A stretch of DNA of 32,000 nt, taken from NCBI GenBank assembly GCA_002869065.1, contig PKTR01000001.1, forward strand, positions 83,118 through 115,117, written 5' to 3'. Positions within the stretch are counted from its first letter, which is position 1; every line of letters begins with the position of its first letter. The stretch is from Hyphomicrobiales bacterium. Lineage in GTDB: Bacteria > Pseudomonadota > Alphaproteobacteria > Rhizobiales > Rhodobiaceae. The notes beneath the pieces were generated by a model. That model worked only from the letters and a program-made list of their open reading frames with translations, was not told the DNA's origin and made no database searches. Made by a program: the position numbers and the translations under genes. Of the stretch, positions 9,002-16,786 are shown one piece after another.

Positions 9002-9029
9002 GCCGGAGCGAAAGCTGCCGGCTTTTTTT
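9002..9029 (+). terminator. Intrinsic-terminator-like hairpin (GCCGGAGC-GAAA-GCT(G)CCGGC) followed by T7, ending 1 nt before ATG 9030
   Basis: An 8-bp GC-rich stem with one bulged G, a GNRA tetraloop, then TTTTTTT at 9023-9029. Confidence 0.5.
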
Positions 9030-9560
9030 ATGGCCGAATCGAAAGCATCGAAAAACGACCCGTCGGGTGCCACCGACTGGGCGTCGTTGCGTGTTGCCTA
9101 TGAGGGCGGCGCGGAACCGGTCGCGGCACTGTGCCGCCGGTTCGGCGTCTCGGCAGGACGTCTCTATCGGCGTGCCAGAAAGGAAGACTGGCAACGCCGG
9201 TCGACACGCAAAGCCGATGAAACAACGGCTTCGGTTGTGGTGCCTGCCGTCCCCGACAGGTTGCCGCCGCTTGGAGCTGCCGAACGCCGGAACCTGATCG
9301 AACGGCTCTATCGCGCTTGCGAAGTGCAGATCGCGGAAGTCGAGAGCCGCTTCCTTGCAGAGGGAACCGAAGGACGCCCGCGCGAAGCCGATGCCAAGCA
9401 TCTCGGTGCACTTGTCCAGACCTTGTCGAAGCTGACCGACCTCGACGCAGCCAACAGAGAGACCTGTGAAGCCGAGACCGAACCGACCGTCGACCTCGAC
9501 GAACTCAGGGCGGAGCTTGCGCGCCGCCTGGATCGACTGTGCGCGAAGGACAGCGGGTGA
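9030..9560 (+). CDS. HTH protein in the g1 position of the GTA cluster (putative small terminase-like)
   Basis: The N-terminus DWASLRVAYEGGAEPVAALCRRFGVSAGRLYRRARKEDWQRR resembles TerS-type HTH segments. The C-terminus is coiled-coil-like. It sits directly upstream of TerL. No SD precedes the ATG; a T-run does instead. Confidence 0.6.
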   Translation: MAESKASKNDPSGATDWASLRVAYEGGAEPVAALCRRFGVSAGRLYRRARKEDWQRRSTRKADETTASVVVPAVPDRLPPLGAAERRNLIERLYRACEVQIAEVESRFLAEGTEGRPREADAKHLGALVQTLSKLTDLDAANRETCEAETEPTVDLDELRAELARRLDRLCAKDSG

Positions 9561-10848
9561 GGGGCTGACCGCCGACTGGCTGGCGGGGTTGACGGCGGCG
9601 CAAATGACAGCGCTCGGCCACGACTGGTCGTTCTGGGCGCGCGAAGACCAGTGGGTGCCGGATGGCGACTGGACCGTCTGGCTGCTGATCGGCGGGCGCG
9701 GATCCGGCAAGACCCGCGCCGGCGCCGAATGGGTTCGCGGCATGGCACTCGGCAAGCCGCCTTTCGCGACGTCGCCGACCGGACGGATCGCGTTGGTTGG
9801 CGAGACCTATGCCGATGTGCGCGACGTCATGGTCGAGGGCGTATCGGGTCTTTTGTCGATCCACCCGCGCGACGAGCGGCCCGACTTGCAACCCTCGCGG
9901 CGCCGTTTGGTCTGGCCGAACGGCGCGGTGGCACAGATCTTTTCCGCCGAAGATCCTGAGGGGCTTCGCGGACCGCAATTCGAGGCCGCATGGGCCGACG
10001 AGCTCGGCAAATGGCGCTACGCGGAGGCAACCTGGGACATGCTGCAATTCGCGCTGCGTCTTGGCGAGAGACCACGCCAGGTGGTGACCACAACGCCGCG
10101 CCCGATCCCGCTGCTGAAACGGCTGATCGAGGACGAGAAATCCGCCGTATCGCGTGCCGCGACACGGGAAAACATCGCCAATCTGGCACCCGGTTTCCTC
10201 GAGCGCATCGTTGGCCGCTACGAGGGAACACGGCTTGGCCGCCAAGAACTTGACGGCGAAATGATCGAGGATCGCGAGGACGCGCTCTGGCAGCGCACCA
10301 TGCTCGACGCGCTACGTGTGGCGAAAGCGCCACCGCTCGGCCGCATCGTCGTCGCCATCGACCCGCCCGCGTCGTCGAAGGCCGGTGCCGATGCCTGCGG
10401 TCTCGTCGTTGCCGGCACCGGGCTCTCGGGCGACGATCTCGCCTATGTGCTGCACGATGCGTCGGCGCAGGGGCTGCGCCCGGCGGAATGGGCGGCAAAG
10501 GCGGTGGCGCTCTACCGCCGCTTCGACGCCGACACGCTGGTCGCCGAAGTCAATCAGGGCGGCGAAATGGTCGCCCAGGTGATTCGCGAGGTGGATCCGA
10601 GCGTGCCGATCATCTCGGTGCGCGCGACCCGCGGAAAGTGGCTGCGAGCGGAACCGGTCGCCGCGCTCTATGAGCGGGGCAGGGTGCGCCATGTCGGCGC
10701 GCTGCCGGAACTTGAAGACGAACTTTGCGATTTCGGGCCGGGCGGCTTGTCCACCGGCCGTTCGCCCGACCGGCTGGACGCGCTGGTCTGGGCGCTGACC
10801 GCCCTGATGCTCGGCGAGCGCGGGGCGCCTCGCGTCCGCAGCCTTTGA
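9466..10848 (+). CDS. GTA/phage terminase large subunit (g2). The start codon is uncertain: GTG 9466, TTG 9517, TTG 9589 or ATG 9604.
   Basis: HDWSFWAREDQ...DWTVWLLIGGRGSGKTRAGAEWV (Walker A) and AWADELGKW are typical of GTA TerL. The C-terminal nuclease part has IVVAIDPP...GADACG. Confidence 0.9.
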   Translation: MKPRPNRPSTSTNSGRSLRAAWIDCARRTAGEGLTADWLAGLTAAQMTALGHDWSFWAREDQWVPDGDWTVWLLIGGRGSGKTRAGAEWVRGMALGKPPFATSPTGRIALVGETYADVRDVMVEGVSGLLSIHPRDERPDLQPSRRRLVWPNGAVAQIFSAEDPEGLRGPQFEAAWADELGKWRYAEATWDMLQFALRLGERPRQVVTTTPRPIPLLKRLIEDEKSAVSRAATRENIANLAPGFLERIVGRYEGTRLGRQELDGEMIEDREDALWQRTMLDALRVAKAPPLGRIVVAIDPPASSKAGADACGLVVAGTGLSGDDLAYVLHDASAQGLRPAEWAAKAVALYRRFDADTLVAEVNQGGEMVAQVIREVDPSVPIISVRATRGKWLRAEPVAALYERGRVRHVGALPELEDELCDFGPGGLSTGRSPDRLDALVWALTALMLGERGAPRVRSL

Positions 10849-10902
10849 CCGGTTGATACGGCCTCGCGCCATCCCTGTTCTCTGATCTGAACTGGAAAGC
10901 TC

Positions 10903-12117
10903 ATGACACTGTTCTCGTGGCTTCGCGGGAAGCCTTTCGCGCGCTCCGCCTCGCTGACGGAAACCAAGGCCTCGCGCACCGGCCCTTATGTCGCGTTGAG
11001 CACCGCCGGGCACCCGGTCTGGACGCCGCGCGACTACGCTGCCCTCGTGCGCGAGGGCTATACCCGTAACGCCATCGTCTACCGATCTGTGCGCATGATC
11101 GCCGAGGCCGCCGGCTCCGTCCCCTGGCTGCTCTATGAGGACAGCCGTGAACTCGACAGCCACCCGCTGCTTTCCCTGCTCGAACGCCCGAACGGCCGAC
11201 AGGCGGGTGGCGATTTCCTCGAAGCGCTCTATGGACATCTGCTCGTCTCCGGTAACGCCTATATCGAAGCCGTCGCGCTTGGTCGCGATGTGCGTGAGCT
11301 GCATGCCCTGCGTCCGGACCGGATGAAGGTCGTTCCCGGCACCGACGGTTGGCCGGCGGCGTTCGAATACACCGTCAACGGTCGCAGCGTGCGTTTCGAT
11401 CAGGATGCGGATCCGCTGCCGCCGATCCTGCATCTGACGTTGTTCCATCCGGCGAACGACCACTACGGCTTCGCCCCGATCGAGGCCGCGCAGGTCGGCC
11501 TCGACGTGCACAACGCCGCCGGCGCGTGGTCGAAGGCGCTGCTCGACAATTCCGCCCGACCGTCCGGCGCGCTGGTCTACCAGACCGACAGCGGCGGCAA
11601 CCTGTCGGACGAGCAGTTCGAGCGGCTGAAGAAGGAGCTCGAAGAGGGCTTTCAGGGCGCGTCGAACGCCGGCCGACCGCTGCTGCTCGAAGGTGGGCTC
11701 GACTGGAAGCAGATCAGCCTCGGGCCCCGCGACATGGATTTCATCGAGGCGAAGAACCAGGCAGCACGGGAGATCGCGCTCGCCTTCGGTGTGCCACCCA
11801 TGTTGCTCGGCATCCCTGGCGACAACACCTATTCGAACTATCAGGAGGCCAACAGAGCCTTCTGGCGCCAGACCGTGCTGCCGCTCGTGCAGCGCACCGC
11901 CAAGGCGCTCGCCCACTGGCTTGCGCCGGTCTACGGCGAGAGCCTGCGCCTGTGGTTCGACGTCGATGCCATCGAGGCCCTGTCGAGCGAGCGCGAGGCG
12001 CTGTGGCGGCGGGTGAGGGAGGCCGACTTCCTGACGGTCAACGAGAAGCGCGCGGCGATCGGCTACGAGCCCGTCAAGGGCGGTGACGGCCCGCCGCCCG
12101 CCATTGGCGCGGAGTAG
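10903..12117 (+). CDS. HK97-family phage portal protein (GTA g3)
   Basis: NAIVYRSVRMIAEAAGSVPW, LLVSGNAYIE, DFIEAKNQAAREIALAFGVPPMLLG and YSNYQEANRAFW are typical portal motifs. Confidence 0.95.
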   Translation: MTLFSWLRGKPFARSASLTETKASRTGPYVALSTAGHPVWTPRDYAALVREGYTRNAIVYRSVRMIAEAAGSVPWLLYEDSRELDSHPLLSLLERPNGRQAGGDFLEALYGHLLVSGNAYIEAVALGRDVRELHALRPDRMKVVPGTDGWPAAFEYTVNGRSVRFDQDADPLPPILHLTLFHPANDHYGFAPIEAAQVGLDVHNAAGAWSKALLDNSARPSGALVYQTDSGGNLSDEQFERLKKELEEGFQGASNAGRPLLLEGGLDWKQISLGPRDMDFIEAKNQAAREIALAFGVPPMLLGIPGDNTYSNYQEANRAFWRQTVLPLVQRTAKALAHWLAPVYGESLRLWFDVDAIEALSSEREALWRRVREADFLTVNEKRAAIGYEPVKGGDGPPPAIGAE

Positions 12118-12125
12118 CGCTTGCC

Positions 12126-12314
12126 GTGGATGACATCGCACGCACCTTCGCAAATCGCGGCGACCTCGCCCACCTCGCGCTCTTTTTGTGGGCCTCGGGG
12201 GCGAGCGCGCTGGCGCTGTGGACGCTTCGCGAGCTGGCGGCCTCGAACCGCCGGTTCTCCGACTTCGTCAACGAGATCGCCCGCTTGAATCATCTCTTTA
12301 AGGAGCGAGAATGA
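12126..12314 (+). CDS. g3.5-like small membrane protein (62 aa)
   Basis: It occupies the position between portal and protease. One hydrophobic segment (LAHLALFLWASGASALALW). GTG start 9 nt after the portal stop. Confidence 0.5.
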   Translation: MDDIARTFANRGDLAHLALFLWASGASALALWTLRELAASNRRFSDFVNEIARLNHLFKERE

Positions 12315-12481
12315 CCATGAATGTCTTCACGCAAGCGATTCAGATGACTCACGCTTTGCCCGTTCGCCGCAAAGTTCAAGTGAATCATCACCTTATCTTC
12401 GCCGAGTTCGCCGAGGAGCTCGCCCGCATGTTGCGTCCGCGCCGCCACGAGGCGCGCATCCGCAGCCTGCCGGTCGCCTGA
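12311..12481 (+). CDS. Candidate 56-codon ORF (MTMNVFTQAIQMTHALPVRRKVQVNHHLIFAEFAEELARMLRPRRHEARIRSLPVA), below the ORF-track cutoff
   Basis: My own translation. AAGGAG lies 5 nt upstream of the ATG, and an ATGA overlaps the stop of the previous ORF. It sits in a locally AT-rich patch. I recognise no homology. Confidence 0.3.
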   Translation: MTMNVFTQAIQMTHALPVRRKVQVNHHLIFAEFAEELARMLRPRRHEARIRSLPVA

Positions 12482-12529
12482 CCGGGCACGCCGGCTCGCA
12501 TCCAACCCGACAACTGACGGACCCAATCC

Positions 12530-13057
12530 ATGCTCGATTTCGCGACCGTGCTCGATCGCGAGGTGAAGTTCGCGCCTACGGATTTGACCTCGGTGGAAGA
12601 GGACGGAACCTTCACCGGCTACGCCAGCCTGTTCGGCATCGAGGACCTCGGCCGCGATGTGGTCGAGCCCGGAGCCTTCAATGCAAGCCTCGCCCGGCGC
12701 GGCGTGCGCGGCGTCAAGATGCTGTTCCAGCATGATCCTGCTGAACCGATCGGCGCCTGGCTGGATATTGCCGAAGACGCCCGCGGCCTGCGCGTTCGCG
12801 GCCGGCTGATGCCGGAGGTGGCCCGTGCCCGCGAGGTGCTGTCGCTGATGCGCGAAGGCGTGCTCGACGGGCTCTCCATCGGTTTTCGAACCGTCAAGGG
12901 CCGCACCGATCCGCAGACCGGCGCGCGCCATCTGACCGAAATCGATCTCTGGGAAATCTCGGTCGTGACCTTCCCGATGCTGCCCGGCGCACGGGTGGCG
13001 AAGGTCAAGACCGTCGACGGGCCGCCGGTTCCGAGCCGGCGCGCCTTCGAGCGCTAG
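12530..13057 (+). CDS. HK97-family prohead protease (GTA g4), terminated by an in-frame TAG ahead of its conserved C-terminal tail
   Basis: GTFTGYASLFG..D..RD.V.PGAF, MLFQHDPAEPIG and DGLSIGFRTV...DLWEISVVTFPMLPGARV are typical S78/U35 protease motifs. Confidence 0.9.
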   Translation: MLDFATVLDREVKFAPTDLTSVEEDGTFTGYASLFGIEDLGRDVVEPGAFNASLARRGVRGVKMLFQHDPAEPIGAWLDIAEDARGLRVRGRLMPEVARAREVLSLMREGVLDGLSIGFRTVKGRTDPQTGARHLTEIDLWEISVVTFPMLPGARVAKVKTVDGPPVPSRRAFER

Positions 13058-13222
13058 CTCACGCGGGATGCTGGGCTGACGCGCAAACAGGCCCGCATTC
13101 TGATGCGGTCCGGCTACGACGCCCTGAGCCGCAAGCAGGACGCTGCCGTGAGGGACCCCGACCTCGTCCGGTTGCGGGCGACGATTGCCCGCGCCACCGA
13201 CATTCTCAAAACTGCAAGGTGA
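13058..13222 (+). other. In-frame continuation of the protease frame after TAG: LTRDAGLTRKQARILMRSGYDALSRKQDAAVRDPDLVRLRATIARATDILKTAR, ending at TGA
   Basis: My own translation in the same frame as 12530..13057. It matches my recollection of the C-terminal FER-x-L(T/R)RDAG(F/L)(T/S)R..A tail of HK97/GTA proteases. Confidence 0.6.
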
Positions 13223-13226
13223 TCCC

Positions 13227-14486
13227 ATGACCACGCTTCCCGCGACCCCGCGTGCCGATGCCGGCACCGTGGCCCTCGATATGGCCGAGGCCTTCGAGGA
13301 CTTCATGACGGCCTTCGAGTCGTTCAAGGAAACCAATGACCGTCGTCTGGCCGATCTCGAACGTCAGCGCACCAGCGACCCGCTGACCGAGGAAAAGCTC
13401 GTCCGCATCAACCAGACGCTCGACGATCAGCGCAAGGCGCTCGACGGCTTCCTGATCAAGTCGCGCCGGCCGGGCCTGTCGAGCGGGCAGGGTGCCCGCT
13501 TCTCCACCGCCGCGATTGAGCACAAGGGCGCCTTCAACGCCTATGTGCGCCATGGCCGTGAGGACGGTCTCTCCCGACTGGAGGAAAAGGCGCTTTCCAT
13601 CGGCTCCGATCCGGATGGCGGCTACCTCGTGCCGGACGAGACGGAAACCGAGATCATGCGCCGGCTGGCGCAGGTGTCGCCGATCCGCTCCATCGCCGGC
13701 ATCCGCCAAGTGTCATCGGCGACCTACAAGAAGCCATTCTCGATCAGCGGTCCGGCCGTCGGTTGGGTCGGTGAGACCGCCGCGCGGCCTGAAACCGCAT
13801 CGCCGACGCTGGCCGAGCTGACCTTCCCGACCATGGAACTCTACGCCATGCCGGCCGCCACCGCCTCGCTGCTCGACGACAGCGCCGTCGACATCGACAC
13901 CTGGCTCGCCGAAGAGGTCGAGACAGCTTTCGCTGAACAGGAAGGCGCTGCCTTCGTTGCCGGTGACGGCGTCAACAAGCCGCGCGGTTTCCTCGACTAT
14001 TCGACGGTCGACGAGTCCTCCTGGAGCTGGGGCAATCTCGGTTACGTGGTCACCGGCGCGGCTGGCGCCTTCCCGTCGTCCGACGCCTCCGACGTGCTGG
14101 TCGACATGGTCTACGCGCTGAAGGCGGGCTACCGGCAGAACGCCAACTGGGTCATGAACCGCCGCACCCAGGCCGAGATCCGCAAGCTGAAGGACGCCGA
14201 CGGCAACTACATCTGGCAGCCGCCGGCGACCGCCGATGGCGCGGCGACGCTGATGAACTTCGCCGTCACGGAAGCCGAGGACATGCCGGACATCGCCGCT
14301 GATGCGACCGCGATTGCCTTCGGCGACTTCCGCCGCGGCTACCTGATCGTCGACCGCCTCGGCGTCCGCATCCTGCGCGACCCGTACTCCTCCAAGCCCT
14401 ACGTGCTGTTCTACACGACCAAGCGCGTCGGCGGCGGGGTGCAGGATTTCGAAGCCATCAAGTTCCTCAAATTCGGCACGGCGTAA
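13227..14486 (+). CDS. HK97-family major capsid protein (GTA g5)
   Basis: Start trimmed to ATG 13227. The N-terminal scaffold-like helix is FEDFMTAFESFKETNDRRLADLE. Motifs DPDGGYLVPDE, SPIRSIAG, ELYAMPAAT..LLDDS, NKPRGFL. Confidence 0.95.
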   Translation: MTTLPATPRADAGTVALDMAEAFEDFMTAFESFKETNDRRLADLERQRTSDPLTEEKLVRINQTLDDQRKALDGFLIKSRRPGLSSGQGARFSTAAIEHKGAFNAYVRHGREDGLSRLEEKALSIGSDPDGGYLVPDETETEIMRRLAQVSPIRSIAGIRQVSSATYKKPFSISGPAVGWVGETAARPETASPTLAELTFPTMELYAMPAATASLLDDSAVDIDTWLAEEVETAFAEQEGAAFVAGDGVNKPRGFLDYSTVDESSWSWGNLGYVVTGAAGAFPSSDASDVLVDMVYALKAGYRQNANWVMNRRTQAEIRKLKDADGNYIWQPPATADGAATLMNFAVTEAEDMPDIAADATAIAFGDFRRGYLIVDRLGVRILRDPYSSKPYVLFYTTKRVGGGVQDFEAIKFLKFGTA

Positions 14487-14496
14487 CCCTTAAGGC

Positions 14497-14611
14497 GGCT
14501 GCGCGCTCCCCCCGTTGCGCGCGGCTCCGATTGTGGTGCCTCACTGAGGGTTCCCCTCCCGCCCTCATGCCGTGACCGGAGCGGCCCCGTCGAGCGATCG
14601 GCGGGGCCGTT
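14497..14611 (+). promoter_or_regulatory. Two GC-rich stem-loops in the capsid-connector spacer (14497-14526 and 14580-14611); neither has a U-run
   Basis: GGCTGCGCGC/GCGCGCGGCT gives about 10 bp including G-U pairs. AGCGGCCCCG/CGGGGCCGTT gives 10 bp including one G-U pair. Both were read directly. Confidence 0.35.
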
Positions 14612-14635
14612 GCGTTCAAACCTCAAGGATTTTCC

Positions 14636-15211
14636 ATGACCGCCGCCCTGATCACGCCGCCGGCGAGCGAGCCGGTTAGTCTGGCCGAAGCGAAGGCGCA
14701 TCTGCGCATCGACGCGAGCGACGAAGACGATCTGATCGCCTCGCTGATTGCTGCCGCCCGCCGCCATGTCGAACTCGAAACCCGCCGCGTGCTGATCACG
14801 CAAGGGTGGCGCGTCTATTTCGATGGCTGGGCCAGCACCGCGCAGCTTGCGCTGCCGCTTGCGCCGCTCGTCTCGGTCGATGCCGTCACGATATATGACC
14901 GCGATGGTGCGCCGTTCGTGCTCGATCCGTCCGCCTATCAGGTCGACACGGTGTCGTCGCCGGCCCGTCTTGCGCTCGTCGCCGGCGCGGCGGTGACCCA
15001 GCCGGGTCAGGCGCTCAACGGCATCGAGATCGACGTCACCGCCGGCTATGGCGAGGCCGCCGATGTGCCCGCGCCGTTACGTCAGGCGATCCTGATGTTG
15101 GTCGCCCATTGGTATGAACACCGCGAAGCCGCCTCGGCCGATGCCGGCGCATCGGTTGCGCCGCTCGCCGCGATGGCGCTCATCGCCAACTACCGGACCC
15201 GCAAGCTGTGA
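14636..15211 (+). CDS. gp6-like head-tail connector protein (GTA g6)
   Basis: EPVSLAEAKAHLRIDASDEDDLIASLIAAARRHVE and the C-terminal PAPLRQAILMLVAHWYEHRE are typical. Confidence 0.85.
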   Translation: MTAALITPPASEPVSLAEAKAHLRIDASDEDDLIASLIAAARRHVELETRRVLITQGWRVYFDGWASTAQLALPLAPLVSVDAVTIYDRDGAPFVLDPSAYQVDTVSSPARLALVAGAAVTQPGQALNGIEIDVTAGYGEAADVPAPLRQAILMLVAHWYEHREAASADAGASVAPLAAMALIANYRTRKL

Positions 15212-15540
15212 GCGCGAACCCCTCAATCGGCCGGCTGCGGCACCGCGTGACGGTGGAACAGCCGGTCACCACAGACGATGGCGGTGGCGGCGCGACGACG
15301 AACTGGTCGCCGGTCGCGACGCTCTGGGGGGCGATCGAACCCGCTAGTGCGGCGGAGATCGACGCCTATGACCGGCTCGAAGGCCGCATCACCCACCGCG
15401 TCGTCATTCGTCACCGCAGCGACGTCGCGGGCGGCATGCGGCTCACCCATGAGGGCCGCGTGTTTCGCATCCTCGTCGTTCACGACCCGGACGAAACCGG
15501 CCGCTGGAGCGAAACCCTCGCCGAGGAGGAAGGCCGATGA
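15208..15540 (+). CDS. Phage head closure / head-tail adaptor protein (GTA g7)
   Basis: GTGA overlap with g6. RLRHRVTVEQPV...DGGGG...W..VATLWGAIEP fits the SPP1 gp16-like family. Confidence 0.85.
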   Translation: MSANPSIGRLRHRVTVEQPVTTDDGGGGATTNWSPVATLWGAIEPASAAEIDAYDRLEGRITHRVVIRHRSDVAGGMRLTHEGRVFRILVVHDPDETGRWSETLAEEEGR

Positions 15541-15947
15541 CCCATCCGAGCTGGGCCTTGCAGAAGGCCGTCTATGAGACGCTTTCCGGCGATCCGACGC
15601 TGATCGCGCTGCTCGGCGGCGTGCGCATCCACGACGGCGCACCGCGCGGTGCGCAGCTGCCCTTCGTAGCGCTCGATCCGGTCGTGACGACGGATGGCGA
15701 TGGCGACGAACTGGCCAGCCGCGAACACCGCCTCAGCCTCGTCGTGTGGACCCGCGAGGGTGGCAAACGCCAGGCGCTTGCCGTCCTCGAAAGGCTGAAC
15801 GAGCTGCTGCACGACGCCGATCTGACCCTCGACGCCCATCGGCTGATCAATCTGCGGCGTGATCGCGAAGAGGTCCGTCAGAACAACGACCGGCGCAGCT
15901 GGCGCGGCGAATTGCGGCTGCGCGCCGTAACCGAGCCGCTCGCCTGA
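15537..15947 (+). CDS. DUF3168 domain protein (GTA g8, tail terminator-like)
   Basis: ATGA overlap with g7. LQKAVYETLSGDPTLIALLGGVRIHD...PFVAL...EHRLSLVVWTREGGKRQA. Confidence 0.8.
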   Translation: MTHPSWALQKAVYETLSGDPTLIALLGGVRIHDGAPRGAQLPFVALDPVVTTDGDGDELASREHRLSLVVWTREGGKRQALAVLERLNELLHDADLTLDAHRLINLRRDREEVRQNNDRRSWRGELRLRAVTEPLA

Positions 15948-15978
15948 TCCATTTCTCACCACACCGAGGAGACCTCGC

Positions 15979-16392
15979 ATGAGTGCTCAAAAGGGCAAGG
16001 ATCTTCTGCTGAAGATCGACACGACCGGCAGCGGCAACTTCACCACCGTCGCCGGTCTGCGCGCCAAACGGCTCGCCTTCAACGCCGAAACGGTCGACGC
16101 CACCGATTCCGGTTCGACCGGGCGCTGGCGCGAACTGCTGGCCGGTGCCGGTATCCGCCGCGCCAGCGTCAGCGGGTCGGGCATCTTCAAGGATGCGACT
16201 TCTGACACCACGGCGCGCCAGCTGTTCTTCGACGGCGAAATCCGCGACTGGCAGGTGATCGTGCCGGACTTCGGCACCCTCGAAGGTCCGTTCCAGCTCA
16301 CCGCGCTCGAATATGCCGGCGAGCACAATGGCGAGGTGACCTATGAGCTGGCGCTTGAATCCGCCGGCGCCCTCGGCTTCACGGCGGCCTAG
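15979..16392 (+). CDS. TP901-1-family phage major tail protein (GTA g9)
   Basis: GAGGAG SD. KGKDLLLKIDTTGSGNFTTVAGLR...AFNAETVDATD.... Confidence 0.9.
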   Translation: MSAQKGKDLLLKIDTTGSGNFTTVAGLRAKRLAFNAETVDATDSGSTGRWRELLAGAGIRRASVSGSGIFKDATSDTTARQLFFDGEIRDWQVIVPDFGTLEGPFQLTALEYAGEHNGEVTYELALESAGALGFTAA

Positions 16393-16394
16393 CC

Positions 16395-16751
16395 ATGGTC
16401 AATCGCTATCGCGGAGAAATCGAAGCCGTTCTCGACGGCAAAAGCCGCATCCTGTGTCTCACTTTGGGCGCGCTGGCGGAGCTCGAATCTGCCTTCGGCG
16501 TCGATGATCTGGCCGCCCTGACCGAGCGCTTTTCGTCGGGCCGACTGTCGGCGCGCGATCTTATCCGCATCGTCGGAGCCGGCCTGCGTGGTGGCGGCGA
16601 GGCCGTCACCGACGATGAGGTCGCATCGATGACCGCTGAAGGTGCCGCCGCCGGGTTCGCGGCGATTGCCGCCGACCTGCTGCGGGCCACGTTCGGAGCC
16701 GGCGGGGAGGGGCGGGGAGACGCTACAAACCCTCCGCCGCCGCGGGGGTAA
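16395..16751 (+). CDS. GTA-gp10 family protein (tail assembly chaperone-like)
   Basis: NRYRGEIEAVLDGKSRILCLTLGALAELESAFG...L..R....RLSARDLIRIV. Confidence 0.85.
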   Translation: MVNRYRGEIEAVLDGKSRILCLTLGALAELESAFGVDDLAALTERFSSGRLSARDLIRIVGAGLRGGGEAVTDDEVASMTAEGAAAGFAAIAADLLRATFGAGGEGRGDATNPPPPRG

Positions 16752-16786
16752 CGAAGCCGCCCGCGGCCTTTCCCTGGCGCGATGTC

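Noticed and set aside
8829-9029. N-terminal extensions offered by the ORF track: 8829 for the g1-position gene, 19054 for g14, 19737 for g15, 24900 for the 59-aa ORF, 30669 for ccmI, 3630 for DUF2336, 13185 for capsid and 17784 for g12.
   Set aside because: The extensions run through AT-rich promoter DNA or overlap the preceding gene, and they encode non-protein-like sequence. Internal starts coincide with the onset of family motifs, SD sequences or ATGA/GTGA coupling.
10312-12153. Very long antisense ORFs opposite recognised genes. Examples: 10312..12153(-) 613 aa, 21237..23375(-) 712 aa, 19758..21095(-) 445 aa, 5881..8199(+) 772 aa, 12290..13336(-), 16406..17350(-), 25860..26639(-), 26761..27777(-), 29127..30029(-), 3723..4637(-).
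   Set aside because: These are typical high-GC shadow ORFs. Their translations are R/A/G/P-rich and low-complexity with no motifs, while the opposite strand encodes proteins with clear family signatures (portal, g15, PBP1A, TCS and others).
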